IMG/VR virus record: IMGVR_UViG_3300029985_000036
Location: 1-64,000 of that record
From: a virus
Direction: 5' to 3' (one strand)
DNA length: 64,000 nucleotides
Of this stretch, positions 29,717-39,448 are shown in pieces (within the stretch, counting starts at the first letter, position 1; the number at the start of each line of letters is the position of its first letter). The position numbers and the translations under genes are program-made. The notes beneath the pieces are model-generated. The model had not been told where the DNA came from. It was given only the letters and a program-made list of their open reading frames with translations, and searched no databases.

Positions 29717-30756
29717 TTATAAAACTCCCGTGCCAATTCAAGACATCTTCCCGTAATGAATAACTGAAGAGAAGTGTCATCTGTTGTAAGCAGATCTTTG
29801 AGACGCTGAAATGTTGCATCTACATTAGCTGTAAAACTTTCTTTTGTAGAATCTTCTTTCATACATCCCAGCATCAGAGACAAGATATCTGCCTGAGATA
29901 AATATGTTCCACGCAGTCGAAAATACTCTTCATACAGAGGAGTATTTGATTCAAACTCACGGGTAAATCTAATGACAAGAGCTTGTTCAACCGGATTGAT
30001 AGATTCGGTCGGGGATTGCTGTTGTTGAAACATCCAAGCATAATTTGCTAATGTATCTGCAGTTGTTGCATTGTTTTTATAAATACTAAGTCGATTATAT
30101 TGCAATTGAATGTCTGCATGCAATCCCGTATAACTTGAATTTGCATATGTATAATCAACTGCTTTCAATAACCAACTTGTATGTTTTTGTACATAATCAA
30201 GATATGATTGTAACATTTCTGAATCAACGGGGGCTTCAAATGGAATAGTGTCAGTTGCAAGAATTGACAATACATAAGCATCAAACACTGGGGTTGATGT
30301 CAGTTTGTCGTGTAAAAATACATAGGTATCATAAAACGTATTATTGACATCTGGATAATCTAGTGCAAGATACTCCAGTATATTCTGAATAGTAGTATTG
30401 TCAGGATCCCCACCTCCATCCTGTACTGTAGCCGTTATCCAGAGTTTAAATCCCTCGGTTTCAGAAATACTCCGATACAATGGAGTTGGATATACAGCTT
30501 CAAATAACAGCAGTGTCAAATCAAGATGATACATATTGTCACATAAATCAGATCTTGCACAAAAGAACTCTAAGCCAATTTCATAAGACTCATCGATAAG
30601 AACAGAAAAGCATTCAAGAACCAAAGTTTGAGATGATATTTCATCTTCACTAATCTGTTGCTGCCAGAGTTCACCACCCAAATGAGCTCGTACTCCAGGA
30701 GAAACCGAGGCCATGCGTTCAAGAAGTGATGCATGTAGAGTCATGCTAATATCCAT
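29713..30756 (-). CDS. Hypothetical acidic protein
   Basis: 347 aa, 4-nt overlap with the RNAP gene. Confidence 0.75.
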   Translation of the reverse strand: MDISMTLHASLLERMASVSPGVRAHLGGELWQQQISEDEISSQTLVLECFSVLIDESYEIGLEFFCARSDLCDNMYHLDLTLLLFEAVYPTPLYRSISETEGFKLWITATVQDGGGDPDNTTIQNILEYLALDYPDVNNTFYDTYVFLHDKLTSTPVFDAYVLSILATDTIPFEAPVDSEMLQSYLDYVQKHTSWLLKAVDYTYANSSYTGLHADIQLQYNRLSIYKNNATTADTLANYAWMFQQQQSPTESINPVEQALVIRFTREFESNTPLYEEYFRLRGTYLSQADILSLMLGCMKEDSTKESFTANVDATFQRLKDLLTTDDTSLQLFITGRCLELAREFYK

Positions 30757-30782
30757 TTCATGGGTTATCTAGGTATCTAGAA

Positions 30783-30814
30783 GATGGTACTTGTCCGATC
30801 GGACAAGTACCATC
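30783..30814. terminator. 32-bp perfect palindrome
   Basis: GATGGTACTTGTCCGA|TCGGACAAGTACCATC. Confidence 0.75.
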
Positions 30815-30829
30815 GACTTCGATTTATCG

Positions 30830-31195
30830 TCATTTGGTACTAATCATCAAACAGATCAATTCAACATCCTCTGTGTATTCAAACACACGGAGGTAATACC
30901 CAATTGTTATCAAACATGTACCAATTTTGAGTGATGTTAATATGGTGTTTTGAAAACTATAAGCAATCAATACTCCACAAGCTGCAGAAAGTATACTATT
31001 CAATATCCCTGTAGCCACCATTAAGACGCGATGGACTCGAAACACAATGGTGCAGTCGGTAGCAGACAAGACATATTTCAATACCATAACTGTCTGCTTA
31101 GAATCAAAATAACTGTAATCTGGTGAGATTTGATAATGCCGAAAGAACCAAATCAATGTGCCAATGCAGAGTCGATGGCACCGGGCAAGAAACAT
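30830..31195 (-). CDS. Possible small membrane protein
   Basis: Hydrophobic stretches fill the gap between the polymerase gene and the hairpin. Start uncertain. Confidence 0.4.
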   Translation of the reverse strand: MFLARCHRLCIGTLIWFFRHYQISPDYSYFDSKQTVMVLKYVLSATDCTIVFRVHRVLMVATGILNSILSAACGVLIAYSFQNTILTSLKIGTCLITIGYYLRVFEYTEDVELICLMISTK

Positions 31196-33312
31196 CCAAA
31201 CTCGTCCTTTGTGTATATATCACTGAGCAATGTCTGATCCTTACTATCAGTATATGCAATACCAAGTGATCTCATCGTGACTATGAAGGGAGTCGAATTC
31301 GCATAGGTGATACCACGAATGTCAATGATCGGACGTAGAATTGCAGGAACCTGTTTAAGTGTCATTGGTATCACCAATCGGGTAATCGCTCTTGGATTTT
31401 TGTCCATAAATCCAACAAGCCGTTCATACAATGGTGAATCGAATGCCTTAACTAATGCTAGATATCTAGGGTCTTTTAAGACCTTTCCATCTTGCAACAA
31501 CGGAAGAACATATCCCTTCGATGGAATAACAAATTCACCAAACTTCGATCTAAAGACTTCTTCCCACAACCTCCAATAATAGTGACTTGAAACTGCTGCA
31601 TCCTTGTAGTCAGTCTCATTGCGAATGGGTGTTGTAGTCAGAAAAAGACGTTCCCCCGCTTCGAGTGATTTGATTACTTTGTTTTCATGATCCAGAACAC
31701 GTGTTAAACAATCTGCAACTTCAATTGTACCTTTTTCCATAACGGTATCAAAGATCCAATTTACAAAATCCTTTCCAGCTTTCACTGTTTCTTTACACAT
31801 TGCGCTAGATCGATAAGACAGTCCTTTAATATCTTCCTTTGATTTTGGAAGAACAAATCCTTCTTGGACTGCAACACGTCCAGCATATTGTTTAGGAAGT
31901 GGAGTGCGAAGCATGAGAGGATAGAGGAACTCATTCTTCATTGCAATCCGATATCGATCTTCTCCTTCTGCTCCAAAGTTAGTACTCAATCGAGCAAATA
32001 CTTGTTCTAGTGTCATTGTAATCAAAAATACTACAAATCCATTAATAGCATATGCATCTGGACCAAAGGATACATGTCCAACATACCATTCAATCCAAGA
32101 TTGTGTAGAAAAAATCACACTATCTGTATCTGAGATGATAACAGCTTTACGAATCATATTTGGATGTGACATTGCATCTGCCACATCACAATCGACACGC
32201 AAGAATGTTGAAATCAGAGGTCCAATACCATTCAGTTTATTTTGCATGTGATTGCCAATAGCAATCAAATGTCTGACCCCATCTGGTTCTTCTATCAGTG
32301 CATCAGATACTGGTTTTCGACCAATCAGATCTGCATTTAACCCAGATACCATGGCCAAGAGATCGCCATTACAATTGAAGATATCTGTTGGCTTTGCAGT
32401 AGGATCAATTGTTACATCAGTTCTAAAGAATTCTTTTAAGTATGGACGAAATACATGTTCATTTCGAATAAGAAGAGTCTTTAAACAATATGCATAATAA
32501 ACAAATGTGCGTTCGTTCATAGAAAGAGATGCAATAAATTTAGTGAGAGCATTTCGAAGTTTTTCTGTAATACGTTGATATAAACACAGACTGTGAATAA
32601 AGTGTTCAACTACATCACTGATGGTTGGAATAATAATTCCATATTGGGCTACAACAGATGCTAAGTCTAGAGGACATATCCGTACCAGTTGCATGCAATA
32701 ATTAATACAGTGATCTGGTGTTGGAAAGTAGAAATTTCCTTCAAGCATCTTTTCAACATGAGCATAACCACACATAATGCTATGCCGTGCTAGACTTGTA
32801 ACAGCATTATATCCAGGTTTGTCATATAGAGGATTGTGGGCTGAACCAAAAGCTCCAGGAATGGAGTTATTTTCAATCTTAGTTGAAGCTTGTAGATAGT
32901 TATATCGTTGTTCTAAACCACGGTCTCCGACAGAAGCCGCTTTTAACATTTTCTTCTTTAGAACTTTACGAGTACCTATGTTATCTAGAATTTTTCGTTT
33001 AAGAAAACTTTCTTTGACTGAGGGTGGCATATAAATTACACCAGCTGGTGTAATGATGTTCTTTCGCAAGGTATCTGTATAAGTTAAAAGATCTGTTGTT
33101 TCAATTTTACCATTGCCGTATGATGGATAATTGATCATCTTTAGAGTCGGACGTCTTAACGATTTGGTTACTTCATTGTTGATGAATGTTTGAATTTGAG
33201 CGACTGGAACATGAGGATATTGTCTACATAGAAATGCAGACATATTCTCACCATATGCCCGCAATAAGGAAACGGGATCTCTCTCATACGAATTGAATTT
33301 AAAGTAATCCAT
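31153..33312 (-). CDS. Family B DNA polymerase, polymerase-domain half (split phiKZ-type PolB)
   Basis: R...KKKM, motif B KIENNSIPG, motif C SDTDS, MKNE, KQYA, IKG. No exonuclease motifs or motif A seen. Confidence 0.85.
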   Translation of the reverse strand: MDYFKFNSYERDPVSLLRAYGENMSAFLCRQYPHVPVAQIQTFINNEVTKSLRRPTLKMINYPSYGNGKIETTDLLTYTDTLRKNIITPAGVIYMPPSVKESFLKRKILDNIGTRKVLKKKMLKAASVGDRGLEQRYNYLQASTKIENNSIPGAFGSAHNPLYDKPGYNAVTSLARHSIMCGYAHVEKMLEGNFYFPTPDHCINYCMQLVRICPLDLASVVAQYGIIIPTISDVVEHFIHSLCLYQRITEKLRNALTKFIASLSMNERTFVYYAYCLKTLLIRNEHVFRPYLKEFFRTDVTIDPTAKPTDIFNCNGDLLAMVSGLNADLIGRKPVSDALIEEPDGVRHLIAIGNHMQNKLNGIGPLISTFLRVDCDVADAMSHPNMIRKAVIISDTDSVIFSTQSWIEWYVGHVSFGPDAYAINGFVVFLITMTLEQVFARLSTNFGAEGEDRYRIAMKNEFLYPLMLRTPLPKQYAGRVAVQEGFVLPKSKEDIKGLSYRSSAMCKETVKAGKDFVNWIFDTVMEKGTIEVADCLTRVLDHENKVIKSLEAGERLFLTTTPIRNETDYKDAAVSSHYYWRLWEEVFRSKFGEFVIPSKGYVLPLLQDGKVLKDPRYLALVKAFDSPLYERLVGFMDKNPRAITRLVIPMTLKQVPAILRPIIDIRGITYANSTPFIVTMRSLGIAYTDSKDQTLLSDIYTKDEFGCFLPGAIDSALAH

Positions 33313-33466
33313 GGATCAATCCCATCAAAGTGTGTTGTGGATTCTATTAGATGTCCATCCCAAGTATGAAATAACGGTTCTTTAAATATATGTAATTTTG
33401 AATTTGGGTAAACCATTGCATGAGGCGAATAACCTTTTTTATTCATAGTTATACAGGAGCAATTTT

Positions 33467-33751
33467 ATGTCAGATGATATCCGCCAAGAATTGGATGAAC
33501 ACAAGAAAAATCTTCTTGAATTGAGGAAGCAGATTGTTATTTATCGTGAACAAAAAAGTGGTGATCGTCAATATACATCTCAAGATGGTGTATTGGTTGT
33601 TGCTATTGATGGGTTACTAACAACCCTCGGTACAACAGATCCAACTAAGATTACACTTGAATCTATTGTCAAGTTAGATGATGACATTCAAGAAGTGGTT
33701 CGGTCATCAGAAGTATTTCTCCAGAGGCATGCCCCGAATCCTGTTGTGTAA
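33467..33751 (+). CDS. Hypothetical protein
   Basis: 94 aa, AGGAG RBS. Confidence 0.75.
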   Translation: MSDDIRQELDEHKKNLLELRKQIVIYREQKSGDRQYTSQDGVLVVAIDGLLTTLGTTDPTKITLESIVKLDDDIQEVVRSSEVFLQRHAPNPVV

Positions 33752-33812
33752 TATTCTTCTTCCGGTGTCTAGGTTTAATATACTGGAAGAACTTACAGAA
33801 AGATAATCAATA

Positions 33813-34637
33813 ATGTCAGTTCTTCCAGAGGTCATGAACATAGAGATACTCTCTGATAAATTTGTTGGTAATTATTGTAGAGATATATTTTATCGTCCCT
33901 ATTTACGTAAGCTTCGCTACTTATATTTTGGTCTTGAACACAGTAACGATTTCTTTGTGTTCAGTGATACAGAAGACCTTAAATTTAAGTATTGTGAAGC
34001 ACTCCAAACAACAGGTATTGTTAAAATAACCAATGATCTACATCTTAGAGCAATCAACAATTGGTTTGCACGTCGTGGGATCGATCGTTCTGTTCCGATG
34101 TTGGTATATTTTGGCACTTTAATGACATTGTTAAGTAAAATATCCTGGGAATCTCCAGACATTAAAGTTAGACAAACCCCAGAAGGAGTTGTTCTATTTT
34201 CAGTAGGAGAAGAAATTGATGTTATGATTGCTAGACCCTGTGATACATATTTCACGTTAACCAAATTACAAGCTTATGTAGACAAATATAATACCATATT
34301 TTTCAATCCTACTCAACCAAGTCATCGGATATCTGTACCAGAAACAACAACTCCCAACAAACTGCAGCGTTTGTCGGTATCGTGTCAAGAGCTTTATGAC
34401 AACGGTTTTCTTGATAAAGATTGTTTTGATGTTAATCTTATGCTTCTTGCAGGACGAGATGTATTGTTAATCAAATCGCTATTACAAAAAAATACATCAT
34501 ACTCAAGTGGAATTCGTATCTGGTCAGATACCAGTCAACGATGTTTAAATTATGGCGGATACTATACGGATGCGAATGTTTCACTATGTGGTATTCGCGA
34601 TAATGTTTTCCTTTTTCCCAGAATCAAACCGGAGTAA
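33813..34637 (+). CDS. Hypothetical protein
   Basis: 274-aa ORF in the operon. Confidence 0.7.
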   Translation: MSVLPEVMNIEILSDKFVGNYCRDIFYRPYLRKLRYLYFGLEHSNDFFVFSDTEDLKFKYCEALQTTGIVKITNDLHLRAINNWFARRGIDRSVPMLVYFGTLMTLLSKISWESPDIKVRQTPEGVVLFSVGEEIDVMIARPCDTYFTLTKLQAYVDKYNTIFFNPTQPSHRISVPETTTPNKLQRLSVSCQELYDNGFLDKDCFDVNLMLLAGRDVLLIKSLLQKNTSYSSGIRIWSDTSQRCLNYGGYYTDANVSLCGIRDNVFLFPRIKPE

Positions 34638-34642
34638 AATAT

Positions 34643-36085
34643 ATGTCAATCGATGATGATAATGAAGTTGTCCCAGTTGAAGATACAATTGTTCCACCAG
34701 AAGTGACTATCGTTCCAGTAGAAGATGAAGATTCGGAAGTAACTGAAGAGACGTCTGAAGAAGTAACACCGGCACCTGTTATTGCCAAGATTCGTTTATT
34801 TCTAGAATCCCTAGACACCGAAGAATTATCTGCTTTGGTAGAGGCACGCCGTCGTCGTCTAGGAGATGATGCTTTTATTGTTTCCGCAACATCTCCGGGT
34901 AATTATGACTATTTATTGTCTGAACTCAGTGGTGCTCATAGCATCGAAGCAGATCGGTCACGTGCTTCTATTTCTTCTATCAAAGACTCTTCTTTGTTCA
35001 ATACCAAATTGGTTCGGGGCGGAAAGACCATTCTTGGTACCATGAAGCCACATCGTGCGGCTGGAAATGGTGCGATGTTGACAGGTGCCGACGCATTGGC
35101 AGCACTTGCAATTCGTGATAAATGGATGAAACGTGTTCCACTTTATAACAGTGGATTTTCTGTTGATATCATTGCACCAACATTGTCTGCGTTGAATACT
35201 TTCTTTAATAAAGCCCATGATGTTACCAATTCGTATGGTCGACAGTTTGGTGGATTGTTCTTCTATTTCCACGACTTGATGATTAAAGAAGCCATTGTAG
35301 AATTGGTACTTCCATTGATCATCAATTCTACTCTACGCAATGCAAAACGTGGTGACACCCTAGTTCGCAATATCAAACTTGTTGATCTCAAACTGATTCT
35401 GAATGCCATTGGCGCATTGATGTTTCCTGATGGTTTTAATTTTACGCATGTATGTTCGAACCCAGATGGTTCCTGTACCCATCATGAAGAGGTGTTGATT
35501 GACATCAACAAACTTGCACGATATGATTTTAGCAAGTTGACTGATGACTGTATTCATCACATGACTCGTCTGACAGATATTACACCAACCCAATTGAACA
35601 TCTATCAGGCACAGTTGGGCTTCAATGAAGTTGAGATTCGATACAAGCAGTATGGGTTCACCATGCAAATGCCAAGTCTGAATGACTATTTAGACTACGG
35701 TCGTAGCTACAATAGTGAACTTCTTAGTAATGTATTTGTTTCAAATCCAGATGCTGTTGTTCGGGCTGTTATGTTCTCGTATTATCAGATCTATACTCCC
35801 TTTATAGCAAAACTTACCTTGTATAATGAGGATGATTCTGTTGATTTTTGGACACTAGACAAAGATACTATCACTCATATGCTCCTGCGTCTCCAATCAG
35901 AAGACACAGAAGGCACATTGATCAAAAACTTCGATGACTTCATTGCCAATTCTGAAATCGGTCGTATCTGTTATCCTGCAGTTGCATGTCCTGCTTGTAA
36001 CTATGTACCAGGGAGTGGCTATTATACAGTCGATCCGACCTTGGCTTTTTTTATTCAATCGCTAATGAAATTAGACCAGACCTGA
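34643..36085 (+). CDS. Tail/baseplate assembly protein (T4 gp26-like or tail assembly chaperone)
   Basis: C-x6-C and CPAC motifs, ends DP..AFF on a T7 slippery run. GGAG RBS. Confidence 0.6.
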   Translation: MSIDDDNEVVPVEDTIVPPEVTIVPVEDEDSEVTEETSEEVTPAPVIAKIRLFLESLDTEELSALVEARRRRLGDDAFIVSATSPGNYDYLLSELSGAHSIEADRSRASISSIKDSSLFNTKLVRGGKTILGTMKPHRAAGNGAMLTGADALAALAIRDKWMKRVPLYNSGFSVDIIAPTLSALNTFFNKAHDVTNSYGRQFGGLFFYFHDLMIKEAIVELVLPLIINSTLRNAKRGDTLVRNIKLVDLKLILNAIGALMFPDGFNFTHVCSNPDGSCTHHEEVLIDINKLARYDFSKLTDDCIHHMTRLTDITPTQLNIYQAQLGFNEVEIRYKQYGFTMQMPSLNDYLDYGRSYNSELLSNVFVSNPDAVVRAVMFSYYQIYTPFIAKLTLYNEDDSVDFWTLDKDTITHMLLRLQSEDTEGTLIKNFDDFIANSEIGRICYPAVACPACNYVPGSGYYTVDPTLAFFIQSLMKLDQT

Positions 36086-36447
36086 TTTCAGATGTAAAAT
36101 ATCAAGACTATATCACACGGCTACGATATATTCAAGATACCGTTTTATCTGGAGTTAAAAATGGTATCGATCGGTTCTCTGCAATCATTGCTTTCAATGA
36201 ATCATTTTATCAACTGCGCACAACTGCACCTTCAATGTTAAATGATGTTGCATATGTTTCAAGAACTGGATATCACAATACCATTTGTGAAATTGATCCA
36301 CTTGCAAAACTAGTTGCACAATATCTCGTTACCACAGATTGGGTAGAACGATATGGTCTTTCCTATGAGGCCACTCTGCAGTTAACTTATGCAGAGTGGA
36401 TTCGTATGCAAAATGCTCTCAATTCTCGATCAACCGTACCAAGTTAA
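36052..36447 (+). CDS. -1 frame extension of the 480-aa protein (gpGT/gp51-like C-terminal part)
   Basis: Frame is open 36001-36447 with no ATG/GTG/TTG until 36235. C-terminal YGLSYEATLQLTYAEW motif. Confidence 0.65.
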   Translation, partial: YSIANEIRPDLISDVKYQDYITRLRYIQDTVLSGVKNGIDRFSAIIAFNESFYQLRTTAPSMLNDVAYVSRTGYHNTICEIDPLAKLVAQYLVTTDWVERYGLSYEATLQLTYAEWIRMQNALNSRSTVPS

Positions 36448-36476
36448 ATCTTATTAAAAGTATAGGGATAAAATAT

Positions 36477-38357
36477 ATGCTCGACGGCCAACAAACGATT
36501 ACTGGAAATCACAACGTTACCAACACCTTGAGTGGTACAGAGTTCTACACTCACGTGATTTCAACATGTCAACAGATTTATGATGTGTTGGTAGCACATT
36601 GTGGTCCCCATGCGACAGATGCACTTATCATTCAACCGAATGATGGACGAAATCTCAAAGATCCAATCTATGCCATCTTCACCAAAGATGGCATTAACAT
36701 TGTTCGATCTATCGAATTTGTAAGTCCCATTCAAAAACACATCCAAAACTTGGTTGCTTATGTTGGTAGTCGCGTTGATGCAAAAAGTCATGACGGCACA
36801 ACAACTGCTATGTTGTTCTTTACCTCGTTGGTTATGGAGTATTACACCAACATTAACGATTGTTTGGTAGCAGGACAATTACCAGACTATCGGCTGATGA
36901 AAAAAGAGTTACATACCACCTTTCAGTTGCTGATTGATGGGTTAGAAGAGGCAGTTGTCACTGTTGATAGTTTTGCTAAAGACAAACAGCTTACACGAAA
37001 AGAAGCTGTTCGTTATGTCGCATATCATCAAGCCATGCTGTCTAGCAAAGGTGATACCGAACTATCTGATGCTATTGTAGAGGTGGTTGAAACTCTACCT
37101 GTCGAGTTGTATGGATTGTTTTCTGTTTCTCAATCAAAGATTGAAACGGATCATCGATTCACAGTAACTCATGATGATTTTGATTTCACGATGAATGTCA
37201 TCAGCAATCTTGATGATATGAATCATCGAATGGGAACTGAGTATCTGGCCGAGTCGTGTGATCTGATTGTCTCTGAAGATGATCTGGTCCGTGGCAACCC
37301 AGCACTTACGTTGATCGAAGATCATCTTACAAATGCACATGCAGGAAATCGTACTTGTGATTTAGTTATTGTCACTAAATCCATGGATGCAACTCTCATC
37401 GGTATGATTTCAACGTATAATCGTAGCAACAAATACAAAATCATTGTATTTCCTTTCAGCACACACAAACCCTATAGTAGTCGTGTTACTTTGTTAAGTG
37501 CCGTTGCTGCAGTAGCAAGTGTCTCTTCCTTGGTAGAACACGTCATTGATCCAACCCTTCCCTACCTCATTCAGAATGCCAAAGTGCATTATCACAATCG
37601 TCGATTGTTCCTAAGCAATCTCTATCAGAAAGATGGTTCTCCTTATCATCCCTCATTTCAGGATAAACATCGTTTTCTACCATATACCCTAATGGTAGCA
37701 GATATTCGAACTGAACTTGAAGGATTCACATCTGGTCGTCGTCGTATTGAAACTGCGGCCGATAGTGCCATGTATGAAGACTATGTTGACATCTATCGTC
37801 GAATGATTAGTTCGGATATTCGCAATCTTCAGATTTCTGGAATGCGTCATGATACCCTTGCAGATCATGATGTTCTGCAAGATGCATTTGGTGCTGTGTT
37901 ATCTTCGCTTGAACATGGTTTTGTATTCGATGGATATCTCAAACTTCAGATTGCACTCGATCTAGAAGGGATTAGTAGTGATTCCGAGATGATCGTTAGT
38001 CGAACTGTTTGGAATGTTTTGAAAACTGTGCATAAGCGGGATGCACAAACCATAATTAAAATTGGACTTCAGCCAGTCCAGGAGCTTTCACAATTTGCTG
38101 ACCGAATGGATATGGTTGCTTATCAAGTCAAAGCTAATCATAACTCATATCTTTACTATCCAGTGGATAGTGATCCTACTAAGCGACTTGATGAAACACA
38201 ACCAGTTGGTAATGGGTTGATTCCAGAAGTAACGCCTGTTCTTCAACCAGCCGATAGCTATCGTGAATTGTTCAAGCGCGTAGAAGATCTACTGCCAAAG
38301 TTGATCAACACAAGCCGTGCTATTATTCCGAATACGGTTAATGCAACAACGACCTGA
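36477..38357 (+). CDS. Divergent GroEL-like phage chaperonin
   Basis: CGP, TKDGINIVRSI, DGTTTA, VLQDAFGAV, VLQPA. Start moved to ATG 36477. Confidence 0.8.
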   Translation: MLDGQQTITGNHNVTNTLSGTEFYTHVISTCQQIYDVLVAHCGPHATDALIIQPNDGRNLKDPIYAIFTKDGINIVRSIEFVSPIQKHIQNLVAYVGSRVDAKSHDGTTTAMLFFTSLVMEYYTNINDCLVAGQLPDYRLMKKELHTTFQLLIDGLEEAVVTVDSFAKDKQLTRKEAVRYVAYHQAMLSSKGDTELSDAIVEVVETLPVELYGLFSVSQSKIETDHRFTVTHDDFDFTMNVISNLDDMNHRMGTEYLAESCDLIVSEDDLVRGNPALTLIEDHLTNAHAGNRTCDLVIVTKSMDATLIGMISTYNRSNKYKIIVFPFSTHKPYSSRVTLLSAVAAVASVSSLVEHVIDPTLPYLIQNAKVHYHNRRLFLSNLYQKDGSPYHPSFQDKHRFLPYTLMVADIRTELEGFTSGRRRIETAADSAMYEDYVDIYRRMISSDIRNLQISGMRHDTLADHDVLQDAFGAVLSSLEHGFVFDGYLKLQIALDLEGISSDSEMIVSRTVWNVLKTVHKRDAQTIIKIGLQPVQELSQFADRMDMVAYQVKANHNSYLYYPVDSDPTKRLDETQPVGNGLIPEVTPVLQPADSYRELFKRVEDLLPKLINTSRAIIPNTVNATTT

Positions 38358-38390
38358 TTGTGATACTATGAGTTTTATGAGGAGTAGGTT

Positions 38391-38852
38391 ATGAGTGGTT
38401 CGACATTATTGGTAAATCAAGCTGTCATCGGAGAGACAGTTACATTTACGTCTAAAAATCCAGTCGATCCGACTGTGTATAAAGGCATTATCACAGGTAT
38501 CATTACACCTGCTCTTGCCACCACCTTCGGTTTCGATTCTGTTTCTTACAATGCTGGAGTACAGCGAGCGGATCCTACCGTAGGTTCTATTTCTGTACTC
38601 AACTATTTTGTTATTACACTCACCAACAACCAGCCTGCTCCAGCTAATCGTTTGTTTGCAAATGAATGGATCGCAGCTGGTTCTTTCTCAGTCATCCAGA
38701 GCGCCACTGTTTACAATATCAATGTGTATGATATTCCAGCAACTGGTCTCAATGCGATTATAACTGTTCTTCGTTCCGCTGGATTTAATGCGGTTCCTGT
38801 AACCGCCCCATCGGGAGCAGCCTTGAGTCAGGGTTCTACCACTACTCCGTAA
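38391..38852 (+). CDS. Small beta-rich probable virion protein
   Basis: 153 aa, GAGGAG RBS, TATGA motif upstream. Confidence 0.65.
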   Translation: MSGSTLLVNQAVIGETVTFTSKNPVDPTVYKGIITGIITPALATTFGFDSVSYNAGVQRADPTVGSISVLNYFVITLTNNQPAPANRLFANEWIAAGSFSVIQSATVYNINVYDIPATGLNAIITVLRSAGFNAVPVTAPSGAALSQGSTTTP

Positions 38853-38947
38853 CATGGCACAGTGCATTTATATCACCACAAACAACAACCGGTAATAAGC
38901 TGTTGTGGTTGATATATTTGTGTTGTTAATAAAAAAAGAAGAAGAAG

Positions 38948-38983
38948 AAGAGTAGGATGTGGCATATGCCACATCCTACTCTT
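38948..38983. terminator. 36-bp perfect palindrome between convergent genes (GGCATATGCC core)
   Basis: AAGAGTAGGATGTGGCAT|ATGCCACATCCTACTCTT. Confidence 0.8.
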
Positions 38984-38987
38984 TCTC

Positions 38988-39341
38988 TCATTGTACTGAA
39001 CGACCGGTCCATCCCTCGATCTTCATTGCTTCAGCCACATGTGGATCGAGAGTTGCATATGGTGCGCAACAATACCAATCGAAGTAATCCCCACGCCCAA
39101 TAATCGCGGCAATCAAATCCCCAGCAGAACGAAAGCTATAACCCGCAGTATCACCGTTGGTGTGTGTCCACTCCATATTGGCGAGAGATCCCCACACGGC
39201 TTTGCAGAGATCATCATCATTCAGCATGTGCTCACCAAGAGCGCGATTGACAGCGACTTCAAACGTATCCTGTAGATCTAAAGCTCGACCTCCAGGAACA
39301 CCACCAACACCACCAAAGCTCTTTGGTACATAATCTGACAT
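38988..39341 (-). CDS. Conserved phage hypothetical protein
   Basis: SFRSAGDLIA...GDYFDWYC motif. Start MSDYV follows AAGGA. Confidence 0.75.
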   Translation of the reverse strand: MSDYVPKSFGGVGGVPGGRALDLQDTFEVAVNRALGEHMLNDDDLCKAVWGSLANMEWTHTNGDTAGYSFRSAGDLIAAIIGRGDYFDWYCCAPYATLDPHVAEAMKIEGWTGRSVQ

Positions 39342-39448
39342 ATTCAACGTCCTTCTGTTTAGAGACAACCAAACGTGGGTTTACATTCCCAGTAGAATCG
39401 CGATCAACATAATTACCTCCTAAAATACCGGTATCCTAAAAGTCGATA

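Noticed and set aside
33168-33446. 92-aa ORF overlapping the polymerase start
   Set aside because: Half overlaps the polymerase gene in another frame and spans a divergent promoter region. No supporting motif.
36235-36447. Independent 70-aa gene starting at ATG 36235
   Set aside because: No RBS, and the frame is open well upstream. Better explained as a frameshift extension.
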